From an uncultured Bacilli bacterium (lineage in GTDB: Bacteria; Bacillota_I; Bacilli_A; RF39; UBA660), in NCBI GenBank assembly GCA_947624505.1, contig CANQKO010000004.1, positions 4,666-68,665 on the forward strand: a stretch of 64,000 nucleotides of DNA, in the 5' to 3' direction. Shown piece after piece: positions 29,986 through 38,569 of this stretch. The translations under genes and the position numbers were made by a program. The notes under the pieces were generated by a model. It worked only from the letters and a program-made list of their open reading frames with translations, had not been told where the DNA came from and did no database searches. Each line of letters starts with the position of its first letter. Within the stretch, counting starts at the first letter, position 1.

Positions 29986-31278
29986 TTAATCTTTTAGAGC
30001 TGTTATAGGAATAACTATAACGCCATCACTTCTAGTATAAATAGCATTAGAAAGTCCACAAATAACGCATAAGCTTTTTGGAGGATTACCCCCTTTTTCT
30101 TTAATAATATTACTAACTTTAATTAAATTATTCGCTGCCTCTTCGATTTGACCAGCCCCAAGTTTAATTTCAAATGCTATATAATTACCGTCTTCAATTT
30201 CCACTACTGCATCAAATTCATTACCATCATAGTCTTGATAATGAAACAAATTCCAATTATTTGCTTCAGCATATATTCTTAAATCTCTTACTACCATTGC
30301 TTCAAAGAAAAAACCAAAAGTGAGTAAATCATTAACGCACATATCAACTGTCATATTGAGTAGAGAAGTAGCAATAGAAGGATCAACAAAATGCCTTTTC
30401 TCCATTTGTTTTACACGCATACTACTTCTAATATTAGAATTAAAAGGCAATTGATTTTCTATTAAATATAATTTACTTAAATCTTCCAAATATTCGGTAA
30501 TAGTTTTTACATCGATATCTAAATTATCTACCCCTTGAATATCGCTTCTTAATTTAGCAATTGATGAAGTTGTAGATTCATTCCTTGAAAGTGATCTAAG
30601 TAATAACATCATTTTATTTAAATCTCTTTTAGAATCACTAATTCTATTTATATCTGTATCAATAATTTCTTTAATATATTCTTTAGGTAATTTAATAGCT
30701 TCATCAAAAGGAACATCAATGCTTCCAGGAAATCCTCCTCTTAAAACTAACTTTATAATATCTTTCAAATTAATATCTCGTGTTTTTTTACTTTTAACTT
30801 TATTATTATAAATATCTTTTAAAGAAACATCTCCCGAAGAATCGCCAGATTCATATAAACTCATTGGATACATTTTTAATTTTTTTATCCTTCCAGCTCC
30901 TGAATGTTTAATTTTATCTAATTTCTTTTTTGGTAATACAGTAGAGCCCGTTAAAATATATTTACCTTTAACTCCATCTTCATCACACTTATATCTAGTT
31001 GCATCCCAAATCTCTGGCACCTCTTGCCATTCATCAATTAATCTTGGTGCTTCACCTTCAAAAATAAGTGATATATCAGTTTCGGCAAGCCTTCTATTTT
31101 GATAATTACCGCTAGGATCCATAAGTAAAAATTCGCTTTTAGCATGTTTCCTTCCTGCCCAAGTTTTACCAATCCACTTGGCTCCAACAATGTTTATTGC
31201 CCCATAAGCTTTTAAACTATTTTCTATTTGCTTATCAATTAATCTTGGTTTATATTGTGACAATTTCATCAACTCCAT
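29986..31278 (-). CDS. AAA-type ATP-binding protein (AAA_14/DUF4143-like) with a C-terminal PD-(D/E)xK-like motif
   Basis: Walker A GAKWIGKT, Walker B RLIDEWQ, C-terminal DAVVEIEDGNYIAFEIKLG. Domain order is typical of the DUF4143 ATPase family. Confidence 0.7.
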   Translation of the reverse strand: MELMKLSQYKPRLIDKQIENSLKAYGAINIVGAKWIGKTWAGRKHAKSEFLLMDPSGNYQNRRLAETDISLIFEGEAPRLIDEWQEVPEIWDATRYKCDEDGVKGKYILTGSTVLPKKKLDKIKHSGAGRIKKLKMYPMSLYESGDSSGDVSLKDIYNNKVKSKKTRDINLKDIIKLVLRGGFPGSIDVPFDEAIKLPKEYIKEIIDTDINRISDSKRDLNKMMLLLRSLSRNESTTSSIAKLRSDIQGVDNLDIDVKTITEYLEDLSKLYLIENQLPFNSNIRSSMRVKQMEKRHFVDPSIATSLLNMTVDMCVNDLLTFGFFFEAMVVRDLRIYAEANNWNLFHYQDYDGNEFDAVVEIEDGNYIAFEIKLGAGQIEEAANNLIKVSNIIKEKGGNPPKSLCVICGLSNAIYTRSDGVIVIPITALKD

Positions 31279-31401
31279 ATATTTATTATATAATATTAAG
31301 TAAATATTGTCTATTATATCGGATGATTTTTTGACATTTTATTGGATGAAATTTTTGAATTTCATTGGATAGCTTTTTTCGATGATAAAGTGTTAAAAAA
31401 A

Positions 31402-33129
31402 TTATAATGTTTCAAGATAAACATTATAATTATAATTGTTTTGTTTTTTATCTTTTCTTTTAGCATCTTTTGAGACATAATTTTTATTATCTATATATAA
31501 TATTTCGTTATCTAATGAGCCATTTAAATGTTTTGCTCCTTTATTTTTTTCTATTAATAAATCATTTAGGTTTAAATAGATATCTAAGTGAACTCTATAT
31601 CTATCATTATCAATTTTAGATACAATAATTTCATCTAAAAATTTTTTAATAAAGTCTTCTAATAAATTATATTCTAATTCATTTTCTATATATTTTTTAA
31701 TATCTAATCTATTTTTTTTAAAATTTAAAATATTTTCTTTTTCTCTTAAAATATCTTCTTTTTGTCTAATTAAAATATTTAACTCTTTTTCATACTTTTT
31801 AAATTGGATTTTTAGTTCATCTTTAGTTAGATCTTTATTAAATACTAAATCAAGAGCCATTGTTTTTTTATCTTCAATTCTGCTTATATTATCTTCAATA
31901 TTTTGTAAGTCATCATCTTGATTAAAATTTTCAATATCTTTATATAACATATATAGATCATTTACAATTTTCTTTTTATTTATAGGAATCTTTTTCATAA
32001 TATCATCCATAATTTTATATAAGTCAGCTTCCGCAATAATTGGTGTTTCACAAGCCATAAGACGATACTTTAAATACATACCACAACACCATACAGGACG
32101 CCTTTTTTTCTTACTACCATGACTTCTTTGAAAGTTAGTATTATGATATTTACAATATAATTTAGAAGAAAAAGCGTATTTTAATCCGCCATTAAAAGAA
32201 TTATTATTTTGATAATTTTTAGTTCTTATTTTTAAAATATCATTTGCTTTATTCCATAATTCTTCCGCCACTATTGGGGGAATTATTGTTTCGTTTGCCC
32301 TATATATAACTTGTTTATCTTCACTTATTTTAATTCTTTTTTTAGTTCGATAATCAATAACTTCACTTGTTTTGCCCCGATAATATCCTTTATATTTAGG
32401 ATTAGATATTATTCTTTTTAAAGTATCTTTATCATAATAATTACCATTTTTATTATAATAATTAAGACTTGCTAATACTTTTGCTAATTTATATAAACCA
32501 TAATTTCCACTAGCATATAATTCAAATATTTTTCGGACTAATTTGGCTTCACTTGGAACAATCACTAATTTACAATTTTCTTTTTTATACCCAATAATAT
32601 TAGATGAGCCTAAAACATGGCCTTTTTTTATTGCTTCCATATGGCCAAATTTTATTCTTCCCGATAATTTTCTTGATTCATCTTGAGCCAAATTAAACAT
32701 TATATTTAAAATAAGTTCTGAATTAGCATCAAAAGTATTTAAATTTTGATTTTCGAAATAAATACCAACATTAGCGTTTTTTAATATGCGTATGTAATGA
32801 ATACTATCTTCTAAATCTCGAGCAAAACGGGATACTTCTTTAGTAATTATTAAATCAAATTTGCCTTTTTTGGCATCATCAATCATTTTTTTAAATCCCC
32901 ATCTTTTTTCAACTCTTACTCCCGATATTCCTTCGTCAATATAACCATTCACATATGTCCAGTTTGGTTTAGATTTAATATAATTTTCATAATAACTTTG
33001 TTGATTTTCTAAACTATTTAATTGATTATCACTTTCGGTTGACACTCTTGCATAAAAGCATACTCTAAGGGGTAAATTAACTATTTTTTCACCATTCATA
33101 ACTAATTTAGCAATTTCTAAAAAATTCAT
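31402..33129 (-). CDS. large serine recombinase (resolvase N-domain, recombinase domain, zinc ribbon, coiled coil)
   Basis: Catalytic-serine motif FYARVSTESDNQ, VSRFARD, Cys cluster CKYH...CCGMY...C, long C-terminal coiled coil. 575 aa. Confidence 0.9.
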   Translation of the reverse strand: MNFLEIAKLVMNGEKIVNLPLRVCFYARVSTESDNQLNSLENQQSYYENYIKSKPNWTYVNGYIDEGISGVRVEKRWGFKKMIDDAKKGKFDLIITKEVSRFARDLEDSIHYIRILKNANVGIYFENQNLNTFDANSELILNIMFNLAQDESRKLSGRIKFGHMEAIKKGHVLGSSNIIGYKKENCKLVIVPSEAKLVRKIFELYASGNYGLYKLAKVLASLNYYNKNGNYYDKDTLKRIISNPKYKGYYRGKTSEVIDYRTKKRIKISEDKQVIYRANETIIPPIVAEELWNKANDILKIRTKNYQNNNSFNGGLKYAFSSKLYCKYHNTNFQRSHGSKKKRRPVWCCGMYLKYRLMACETPIIAEADLYKIMDDIMKKIPINKKKIVNDLYMLYKDIENFNQDDDLQNIEDNISRIEDKKTMALDLVFNKDLTKDELKIQFKKYEKELNILIRQKEDILREKENILNFKKNRLDIKKYIENELEYNLLEDFIKKFLDEIIVSKIDNDRYRVHLDIYLNLNDLLIEKNKGAKHLNGSLDNEILYIDNKNYVSKDAKRKDKKQNNYNYNVYLETL

Positions 33130-33260
33130 TTATATTCCTCACATTTTTTTAATAACTTTTCATTAACACATAAAAATGTTTTTTCGTCAATAAGATTTTT
33201 TTTATATAAATTTTGATTAATAATTATTTCAATATTTAAATAAAACAAATAATTATCCAT
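33126..33260 (-). CDS. 44-aa ORF translationally coupled to the recombinase (ATGA overlap)
   Basis: MDNYLFYLNIEIIINQNLYKKNLIDEKTFLCVNEKLLKKCEEYK*. Its TGA overlaps the recombinase ATG. It lies inside the element and no family was recognised. Confidence 0.3.
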   Translation of the reverse strand: MDNYLFYLNIEIIINQNLYKKNLIDEKTFLCVNEKLLKKCEEYK

Positions 33261-33322
33261 TCTCATCACCACTTAATAATACGTTTTTATAACTTTTATT
33301 ATGTCTATAAACTGGCGTTGCA

Positions 33323-33330
33323 ATTTTAAA
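33323..33330. repeat. element junction core ATTTTAAA (copy 2)
   Basis: Identical to 29946-29953. Encodes F-K-I of the STFKI active-site segment on the minus strand. Confidence 0.8.
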
Positions 33331-34215
33331 AGTACTACCAGGTTCAAAAGTCATCCAAATGGGTAAGTTTCTATTAATAACTTCTTCTGAGTAATCTTGA
33401 TATTTAGATGGATTAAAAGAGGGCAGACTTCCCATTGCTAGTATTTCGCCTGTTTTAGGTTTCATTACAATACTTAAAGCAGCATCAGCATTATATTTAT
33501 CGGTGGCATTTTTAAGTTCATTATCAACAGCTTTAACAAGTTCAATATCGAGTGTTAATTTTAAAGTCATTCCTTTAGTCGGAGCAACATAACTATCCGG
33601 TATTTCTAATTTATTTCCTTTGCCATCACTATAATATTTAAGTTCCCCATTCGTTCCTTTTAAATATTCATCATAGGTAAGTTCAAGTCCTGATAATCCT
33701 TGATTATCACTTCCAACAAAACCTATAATATGAGCTAAAGTTTCTCCATAAGGATAATATCTTTTAGAATCAACTACTAAATAAACTCCATCATATCCTA
33801 AAGCTTCAATTTTATCAGCAACTTCGCTATCTAAATCCATTCCTTTACGAATAATTTCCATACTACTATTTTTGGCAACATATTTATATACATCATCATA
33901 AGAACAATTTAATACCTCGGCAATATCTTTGGCAACTTTTTCTTTATCTTTAATTTGATTAGGCACTACATAAATTGTGGTTGTAACTATACTAGTAGCT
34001 AGAATATTACCGTTTCGATCAACTATGTCTCCTCTTGGGGCATTAATAGTCATTTTTCTACTCCATAAATCTTCAGTTATCTTGGATAATTTATTATAAG
34101 ATATTACTTGAATATAAAATACTTTACCAATAATTAATAGAAGCGCAATAGATACAACAATTACCACAAATCTAATTCTTATATGAATATCATTAAAAAA
34201 CATCTTCTTCACCAC
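33323..34215 (-). CDS. SpoVD-like class B PBP, N-terminal fragment (TM anchor, dimerisation domain, up to the SXXK motif)
   Basis: TM anchor, PBP dimer domain, ends at FEPGSTFK-I. The listed ORF then runs 22 more codons into the element (ATPVYRHNK...) before a stop at 33253. Confidence 0.85.
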
Positions 34216-34331
34216 TAAATAATATGTTTAAATAAAATGAATTATTAATTTGCCAATTTACATATAATTTATTATAAATAAATTGAAAAATAAAGTTATG
34301 TATGATATTATTTTTCTATAAGGAGGATAAA

Positions 34332-34883
34332 ATGAGTTGGTGGATAATTTTAATTATTGTGGCTGTTTTAATTATTTTATATGTAATAAGCATCTATAAT
34401 AGTCTTGTTAGTTTGAAAAACAAAGTAGACGATCAAAAAAGTCAAATTGATGTTGAACTTAAAAGAAGATTTGATTTAGTACCTAATTTAGTTGAAACAG
34501 TTAAAGGCTATACTAAACACGAGAAAGAAACTTTAGAGGATGTTGTTAAAGCTAGAAATGCTTATGCAACTGCAAATAGCACCGAAGAATCTTTAAAAGC
34601 TGATGGTGAATTAACTAAAGCTATTAACAAATTATTTGCTTTATCAGAAAGTTATCCTGATTTAAAAGCTAATCAAAACTTTATTGATTTACAAAATGAA
34701 CTTTCTGAAATAGAACAAAAAATTGTTTATGCTAGAGGATTCTATAATGATTCTATCTTAAAATATAATAATAAAGTTCAAATGTTTCCATCTAATATAA
34801 TTGCTAAAATATTTGGCTTTACTAAAGGTGCTTTCTTTGAAGCTAGTAGTGAAGAAAGAGAAAATGTTAAAGTTAAATTCTAA
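34332..34883 (+). CDS. lemA: LemA family protein
   Basis: TM helix plus YPDLKANQNF and FYNDSILKYNNKVQMFPSNIIA motifs. AGGAGG RBS 5 nt before ATG 34332. Confidence 0.85.
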   Translation: MSWWIILIIVAVLIILYVISIYNSLVSLKNKVDDQKSQIDVELKRRFDLVPNLVETVKGYTKHEKETLEDVVKARNAYATANSTEESLKADGELTKAINKLFALSESYPDLKANQNFIDLQNELSEIEQKIVYARGFYNDSILKYNNKVQMFPSNIIAKIFGFTKGAFFEASSEERENVKVKF

Positions 34884-34921
34884 AGGCATTAGTTAATGCC
34901 TTTTAATTTTTGAGGTGACTT

Positions 34922-36598
34922 ATGATAAAAAAATTATCTTATTTAATAATATTATTAGTAACTTTGTTTATAAGTAGTGAAGTGTACGCAAATGATATAA
35001 AAAAAATAACTATGGATATCTATGTTAATAATAATGGGGATGCCTTAGTTACGGAAGAATGGACGGCTGATTTAGACAGAGGAACAGAAGGGTATAAGCC
35101 ATATTATAATTTAGGTAATAGTGAAATTAAAAATTTTAAAGTTTATTTAAATAATTATGAATATGAAACATTATCTAGTTGGAATGTTAATGCATCATTT
35201 AATGAAAAAGCTTACAAAGCTGGAATAAACAAAATAAATAATGGCTATGAATTATGCTTTGGCATTAGTAAGTATGGTCTTAATACCTACAGAATGGTTT
35301 ATACAATTACTAATTTTGTTTCTAGTGTTAATGATGCTGATATGATTTACTGGCAATTAGTTCCTTATGATTTATCTGATAAACCTGATTATGTTTATAT
35401 TAAAATCCATAGTGATTTTGCTTATGCTAATGACCTACCTGTCTGGGGTTATGGTAATTATGGAGGGTATGCTTATGTTTATGATGGGTATATCGAAATG
35501 TTAAAAGAAGATGGTCTTGATAGCGATGAATATATGACTATTTTAGTTAAGTTTCCCAAAGGAACTTTTAATACTTCTTCAAAATTAAATAAAGATTTTA
35601 CTTATTATTTAGATATGGCTAACGATGGCGCTAAAACATATTCTAATAAACCCAATTGGAAAAATATTTTTATAGGTATAATAATTGCCATATTTGGCCT
35701 TATTATAAACTTTTTACCTTATATAATTATCCTTTTTGTTATTTATAAAATATTTAGTCAAAGTAAATATGGTACTAAAAAATTAAAGTTTGGTAAAATT
35801 GGTAAAAAAGTAAAAAATTCGCCATATTTTAGAGATATTCCTTTAAATAAAGATATATTTAAAGCTTATTGGGTAGCTTGTGAATATAATTTAATTAAAA
35901 AACAAACCGATTTTTTAGGAGCAATTCTTTTAAAATGGTTAAAAAATAATAACATTGAAAATGTAACTATTGAAGGTAAAAGTGATAAAGCTCTTAAACT
36001 AATTAGTAGTGATAATTTATCGGTAAGAGAAAAAGAGTTATTTGATATGATGTTAAAAGCATCAGTTGATGGCGTGTTAGAAAGTAATGAATTTACTAAA
36101 TGGTGTAAAAATAATTATAATAAGATATTATCTTGGTTTAATAATGTTATTGATGATCAAACAATTAATTTTGTTAATGAAGGTTTAATTAGAGAAGAAA
36201 AAGGGAAATTTACTGCAACTTATTATGTTGATGATAAAATGATGGAATATGCCATTCAAATGGATGGATTAAAAAATTTCTTAAATGATTTTTCGAATAT
36301 TAAAGATCGGGAAGCAATTGAAGTTAAAATCTGGGAATACTATTTAATGTATGCCCAAATATTTGGTATAGCTGAAAAAGTAGCTAAAGAATTTAAAAGA
36401 TTATATCCAGATATTTTAACGGATGATTATTATAATGATGTAATATTTATTCATACAATTTCAGCTAAAGGAGTAAGCGCTGCAAGCACAGCCAAAAGTA
36501 GAGCTGAGAGTTATTCATCGGGTGGAGGAGGATTCTCATCCGGTGGTGGTGGAGGTGGCTCCTTCGGTGGCGGAGGCGGCGGAGGCGGTTTCCGTTAA
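34922..36598 (+). CDS. DUF2207 domain membrane protein with glycine-rich tail
   Basis: Signal peptide, DUF2207-like N-domain, TM pair, C-terminal SSGGGGFSSGGGGGGSFGGGGGGGGFR. Common LemA-DUF2207 gene pair. Confidence 0.75.
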   Translation: MIKKLSYLIILLVTLFISSEVYANDIKKITMDIYVNNNGDALVTEEWTADLDRGTEGYKPYYNLGNSEIKNFKVYLNNYEYETLSSWNVNASFNEKAYKAGINKINNGYELCFGISKYGLNTYRMVYTITNFVSSVNDADMIYWQLVPYDLSDKPDYVYIKIHSDFAYANDLPVWGYGNYGGYAYVYDGYIEMLKEDGLDSDEYMTILVKFPKGTFNTSSKLNKDFTYYLDMANDGAKTYSNKPNWKNIFIGIIIAIFGLIINFLPYIIILFVIYKIFSQSKYGTKKLKFGKIGKKVKNSPYFRDIPLNKDIFKAYWVACEYNLIKKQTDFLGAILLKWLKNNNIENVTIEGKSDKALKLISSDNLSVREKELFDMMLKASVDGVLESNEFTKWCKNNYNKILSWFNNVIDDQTINFVNEGLIREEKGKFTATYYVDDKMMEYAIQMDGLKNFLNDFSNIKDREAIEVKIWEYYLMYAQIFGIAEKVAKEFKRLYPDILTDDYYNDVIFIHTISAKGVSAASTAKSRAESYSSGGGGFSSGGGGGGSFGGGGGGGGFR

Positions 36599-36609
36599 AC
36601 CATAATCTT

Positions 36610-36633
36610 AAGAAAGCAATGCTTTCTTTTTTT
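36610..36633 (+). terminator. rho-independent terminator
   Basis: AAGAAAG-caatg-CTTTCTT hairpin followed by TTTTT. Confidence 0.6.
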
Positions 36634-36674
36634 ATCATAATAAAACTAGTCATATAGACTAGCAAAAGATTTAA

Positions 36675-37298
36675 TTAAAATTTACGATATAAGCCTATAG
36701 CAACTCCTAAAATGGTACAATTACTTAATATAATTGGTTCCATTGTATCATTTTCTGGTTGTAATCTGATATGGCCATTTTCTTTATAGAATCTTTTTAG
36801 CGTTGCTTCATTTTCCATAGTCATTGCAACAACTATATCGCCATTTTTGGCATTGCTTTGCTTTTTAACAATAACATAATCACCATCAAAGATACCAGCA
36901 TTAATCATACTTTCACCACTTACGTGAAGAGTAAATACCTCTTCTTTAGCGGGAATCAAAGATGCCGGTAAATCAAAAAACTCATTAGGTTGTTCAATGG
37001 CAGTAATGGGACTACCGGCTGTTATTTTACCAAGAAGAGGAACTTTAACAACATCTTCATTAGTTTTTAAATATTCATTTTCACATAATATTTCAATTGT
37101 TCTAAATTTGTTACTTGTTGTTTTTATATAACCTAATTGTTCAAGATTTTTTAAATGAACAAAGACTGTTGCGGGACTTGATAATCCAACACCTTTACAT
37201 ATTTCTCTAATTGCAGGTGGATATCCGTGTTCAGCCGTATATTTTTTGACATAATCTAAAATATCGTTTTGTCTTTTAGTTAATTCTTTAGTATTCAT
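36675..37298 (-). CDS. lexA: LexA repressor
   Basis: Winged HTH (IREICKGVGLSSPATVFVHLKNLEQLGYI), cleavage-site region, S24 peptidase motifs SGESMINAGI and ATLKRF. Confidence 0.95.
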   Translation of the reverse strand: MNTKELTKRQNDILDYVKKYTAEHGYPPAIREICKGVGLSSPATVFVHLKNLEQLGYIKTTSNKFRTIEILCENEYLKTNEDVVKVPLLGKITAGSPITAIEQPNEFFDLPASLIPAKEEVFTLHVSGESMINAGIFDGDYVIVKKQSNAKNGDIVVAMTMENEATLKRFYKENGHIRLQPENDTMEPIILSNCTILGVAIGLYRKF

Positions 37299-37342
37299 TT
37301 CATCACTCCTAAATTCATTTTACACTAAATATTGTTAAATGT

Positions 37343-37355
37343 CAAACAATTGTTT
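37343..37355. promoter_or_regulatory. SOS (Cheo-type) box 1, cAAACaattGTTT
   Basis: Palindrome resembling the Gram-positive LexA operator GAAC-N4-GTTC. Lies 45 nt upstream of the lexA start. Confidence 0.6.
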
Positions 37356-37382
37356 AATTTTAATAAAATTTTCAAAAAAAGC

Positions 37383-37413
37383 TTGAAACGAACAATTGTT
37401 TTTTGGTAAGATG
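37383..37413 (+). promoter_or_regulatory. promoter TTGAAA-18-TAAGAT with embedded SOS box 2 (CGAACaattGTTt, 37389-37401)
   Basis: -35 TTGAAA at 37383-37388. A near-consensus Cheo box fills the spacer. Drives the divergent small ORF at 37438. Confidence 0.6.
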
Positions 37414-37437
37414 ATAGGGAAAGAAGGAGTGATAATT

Positions 37438-37575
37438 ATGAAAAAAACATTAATTGATTTAGGAGGGATTATATTATTTTATTTAATATTAATTTTTGGC
37501 GTAATTATCCTGAACAATCGATTTACCGAACTAAATAAAAATATTAATGCTGGTTTAATAGTAAGTACTCATTGA
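37438..37575 (+). CDS. 45-aa single-pass membrane peptide, divergent from lexA (candidate SOS-induced division inhibitor, YneA-position)
   Basis: GAAGGAG RBS 8 nt upstream. MKKTLIDLGGIILFYLILIFGVIILNNRF... has one TM helix. Not in the supplied ORF track because it is too short. Confidence 0.5.
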   Translation: MKKTLIDLGGIILFYLILIFGVIILNNRFTELNKNINAGLIVSTH

Positions 37576-37629
37576 CATAAGTACTTTTTTTCTTTAAAAT
37601 ATCATTTTGACAGTGAAAAGAGGAATATA

Positions 37630-38421
37630 ATGGAAATAACTTCAATCGATAAAATAAAGAAAGCTTATTCTTTTAGCAATGAAAATTTAACTGCCTATCA
37701 AAACATTATTGATTTTAAAGGTAAAAATGTTTTATCAGTTGTGGGAAGTGGTGACCAATACTTTTCTTTTCTTCTTTTTGGGGCAAAAGAAATAGACTTG
37801 TTTGATAACAATTTGATGGCATTATATTATTTTTATTTAAAATATTATGCTATTATTTTATTAAACTATAAAGAATTTATTGATAGTTTTTATTATTATA
37901 AAAATACTCAGAAAAATTATAGTAAAATTAGAGATTGCCTCCCAGATGAAATAAAAACTTTTTTTGATGAGGTTTTAAAAAATAAGGTCTTAAACTCGTT
38001 ATTATATAAGCCTATTCCTTTATCAATTCATACTGATAATGTTGATAGAACAATTCCTTATTTAAAAGGTAAACGTTATTATGAATTAAAAGAATTACTT
38101 AAAAGCACACCTTTTCCCAATTTGTTTTTACATGATTTACGCGATTTATATGCATCATTAGATAGAAATTATGATATTATGATATTTTCTAATATATATG
38201 CTTATTTAAATATGGAAGTTAAAGCATATCGTCAATTTTTAAAAAAATATGAAAAATTTTTAAATGATGGTGGTGTTATTGAAGCTAACTATGAATGGAT
38301 ATCCTTTGAACGCGATTTTAAAAAGTATGGTTTTAAAAAACATTATGTTGATTCTGCCAATGATAAAATGATGGCTTTAAATGATAAAGATAATATCATA
38401 ACTTTAAAAAAACACTTTTAA
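37630..38421 (+). CDS. DUF3419 (BtaA-like SAM-dependent transferase fold) family protein, tentative
   Basis: VLSVVGSGDQYFSFLL...IDLFDNNLMALYYFYLK...LNYKEF matches my memory of the DUF3419 pattern (ItSaGcNaLdyll...aVDlNpaQ.aLLeLK...L.yeeF). Needs an HMM check. Confidence 0.45.
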   Translation: MEITSIDKIKKAYSFSNENLTAYQNIIDFKGKNVLSVVGSGDQYFSFLLFGAKEIDLFDNNLMALYYFYLKYYAIILLNYKEFIDSFYYYKNTQKNYSKIRDCLPDEIKTFFDEVLKNKVLNSLLYKPIPLSIHTDNVDRTIPYLKGKRYYELKELLKSTPFPNLFLHDLRDLYASLDRNYDIMIFSNIYAYLNMEVKAYRQFLKKYEKFLNDGGVIEANYEWISFERDFKKYGFKKHYVDSANDKMMALNDKDNIITLKKHF

Positions 38422-38569
38422 ATGAATGTTGCAAAATAACGCAAAAAGTTAAAAAAATAAGTTAGAAAGCAACAAATTAAACCAAAACATACTAATATAT
38501 TAAGATAAAATAAATATTAATTAATTGTTTTATTTGTAAATTAAGTTTATAATTATTATGAGGGATGAT

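Larger units (their letters stand above)
29946..33330 (-). mobile_element. 3.4-kb serine-recombinase intervening element inserted in the PBP gene
   Basis: Bounded by identical 8-bp direct repeats ATTTTAAA (29946-29953 and 33323-33330, 3377 bp apart). Carries a large serine recombinase, a DUF4143-type ATPase and a 44-codon ORF. Removing one repeat plus the interior restores one in-frame 637-codon PBP gene. Confidence 0.85.

Noticed and set aside
33261-34301. Sigma-E/sigma-K-type sporulation promoters upstream of the split PBP (CATATTAT near 34225 on the minus strand) and upstream of the recombinase operon (CATAATAAA near 33295 on the minus strand).
   Set aside because: Partial matches to CATACAnT / CATAnnnTA are expected by chance in DNA this AT-rich, and I could not find convincing -35 partners. 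I left them as a test suggestion rather than a feature.
36520-36598. GC-rich GGT/GGA/GGC tandem repeats.
   Set aside because: They are in frame with, and form, the glycine-rich C-terminal tail (SSGGGGFSSGGGGGGSFGGGGGGGGFR) of the DUF2207 protein. This is coding low complexity, not a separate repeat element. The antisense ORF 36465..36665 is an artefact of it.
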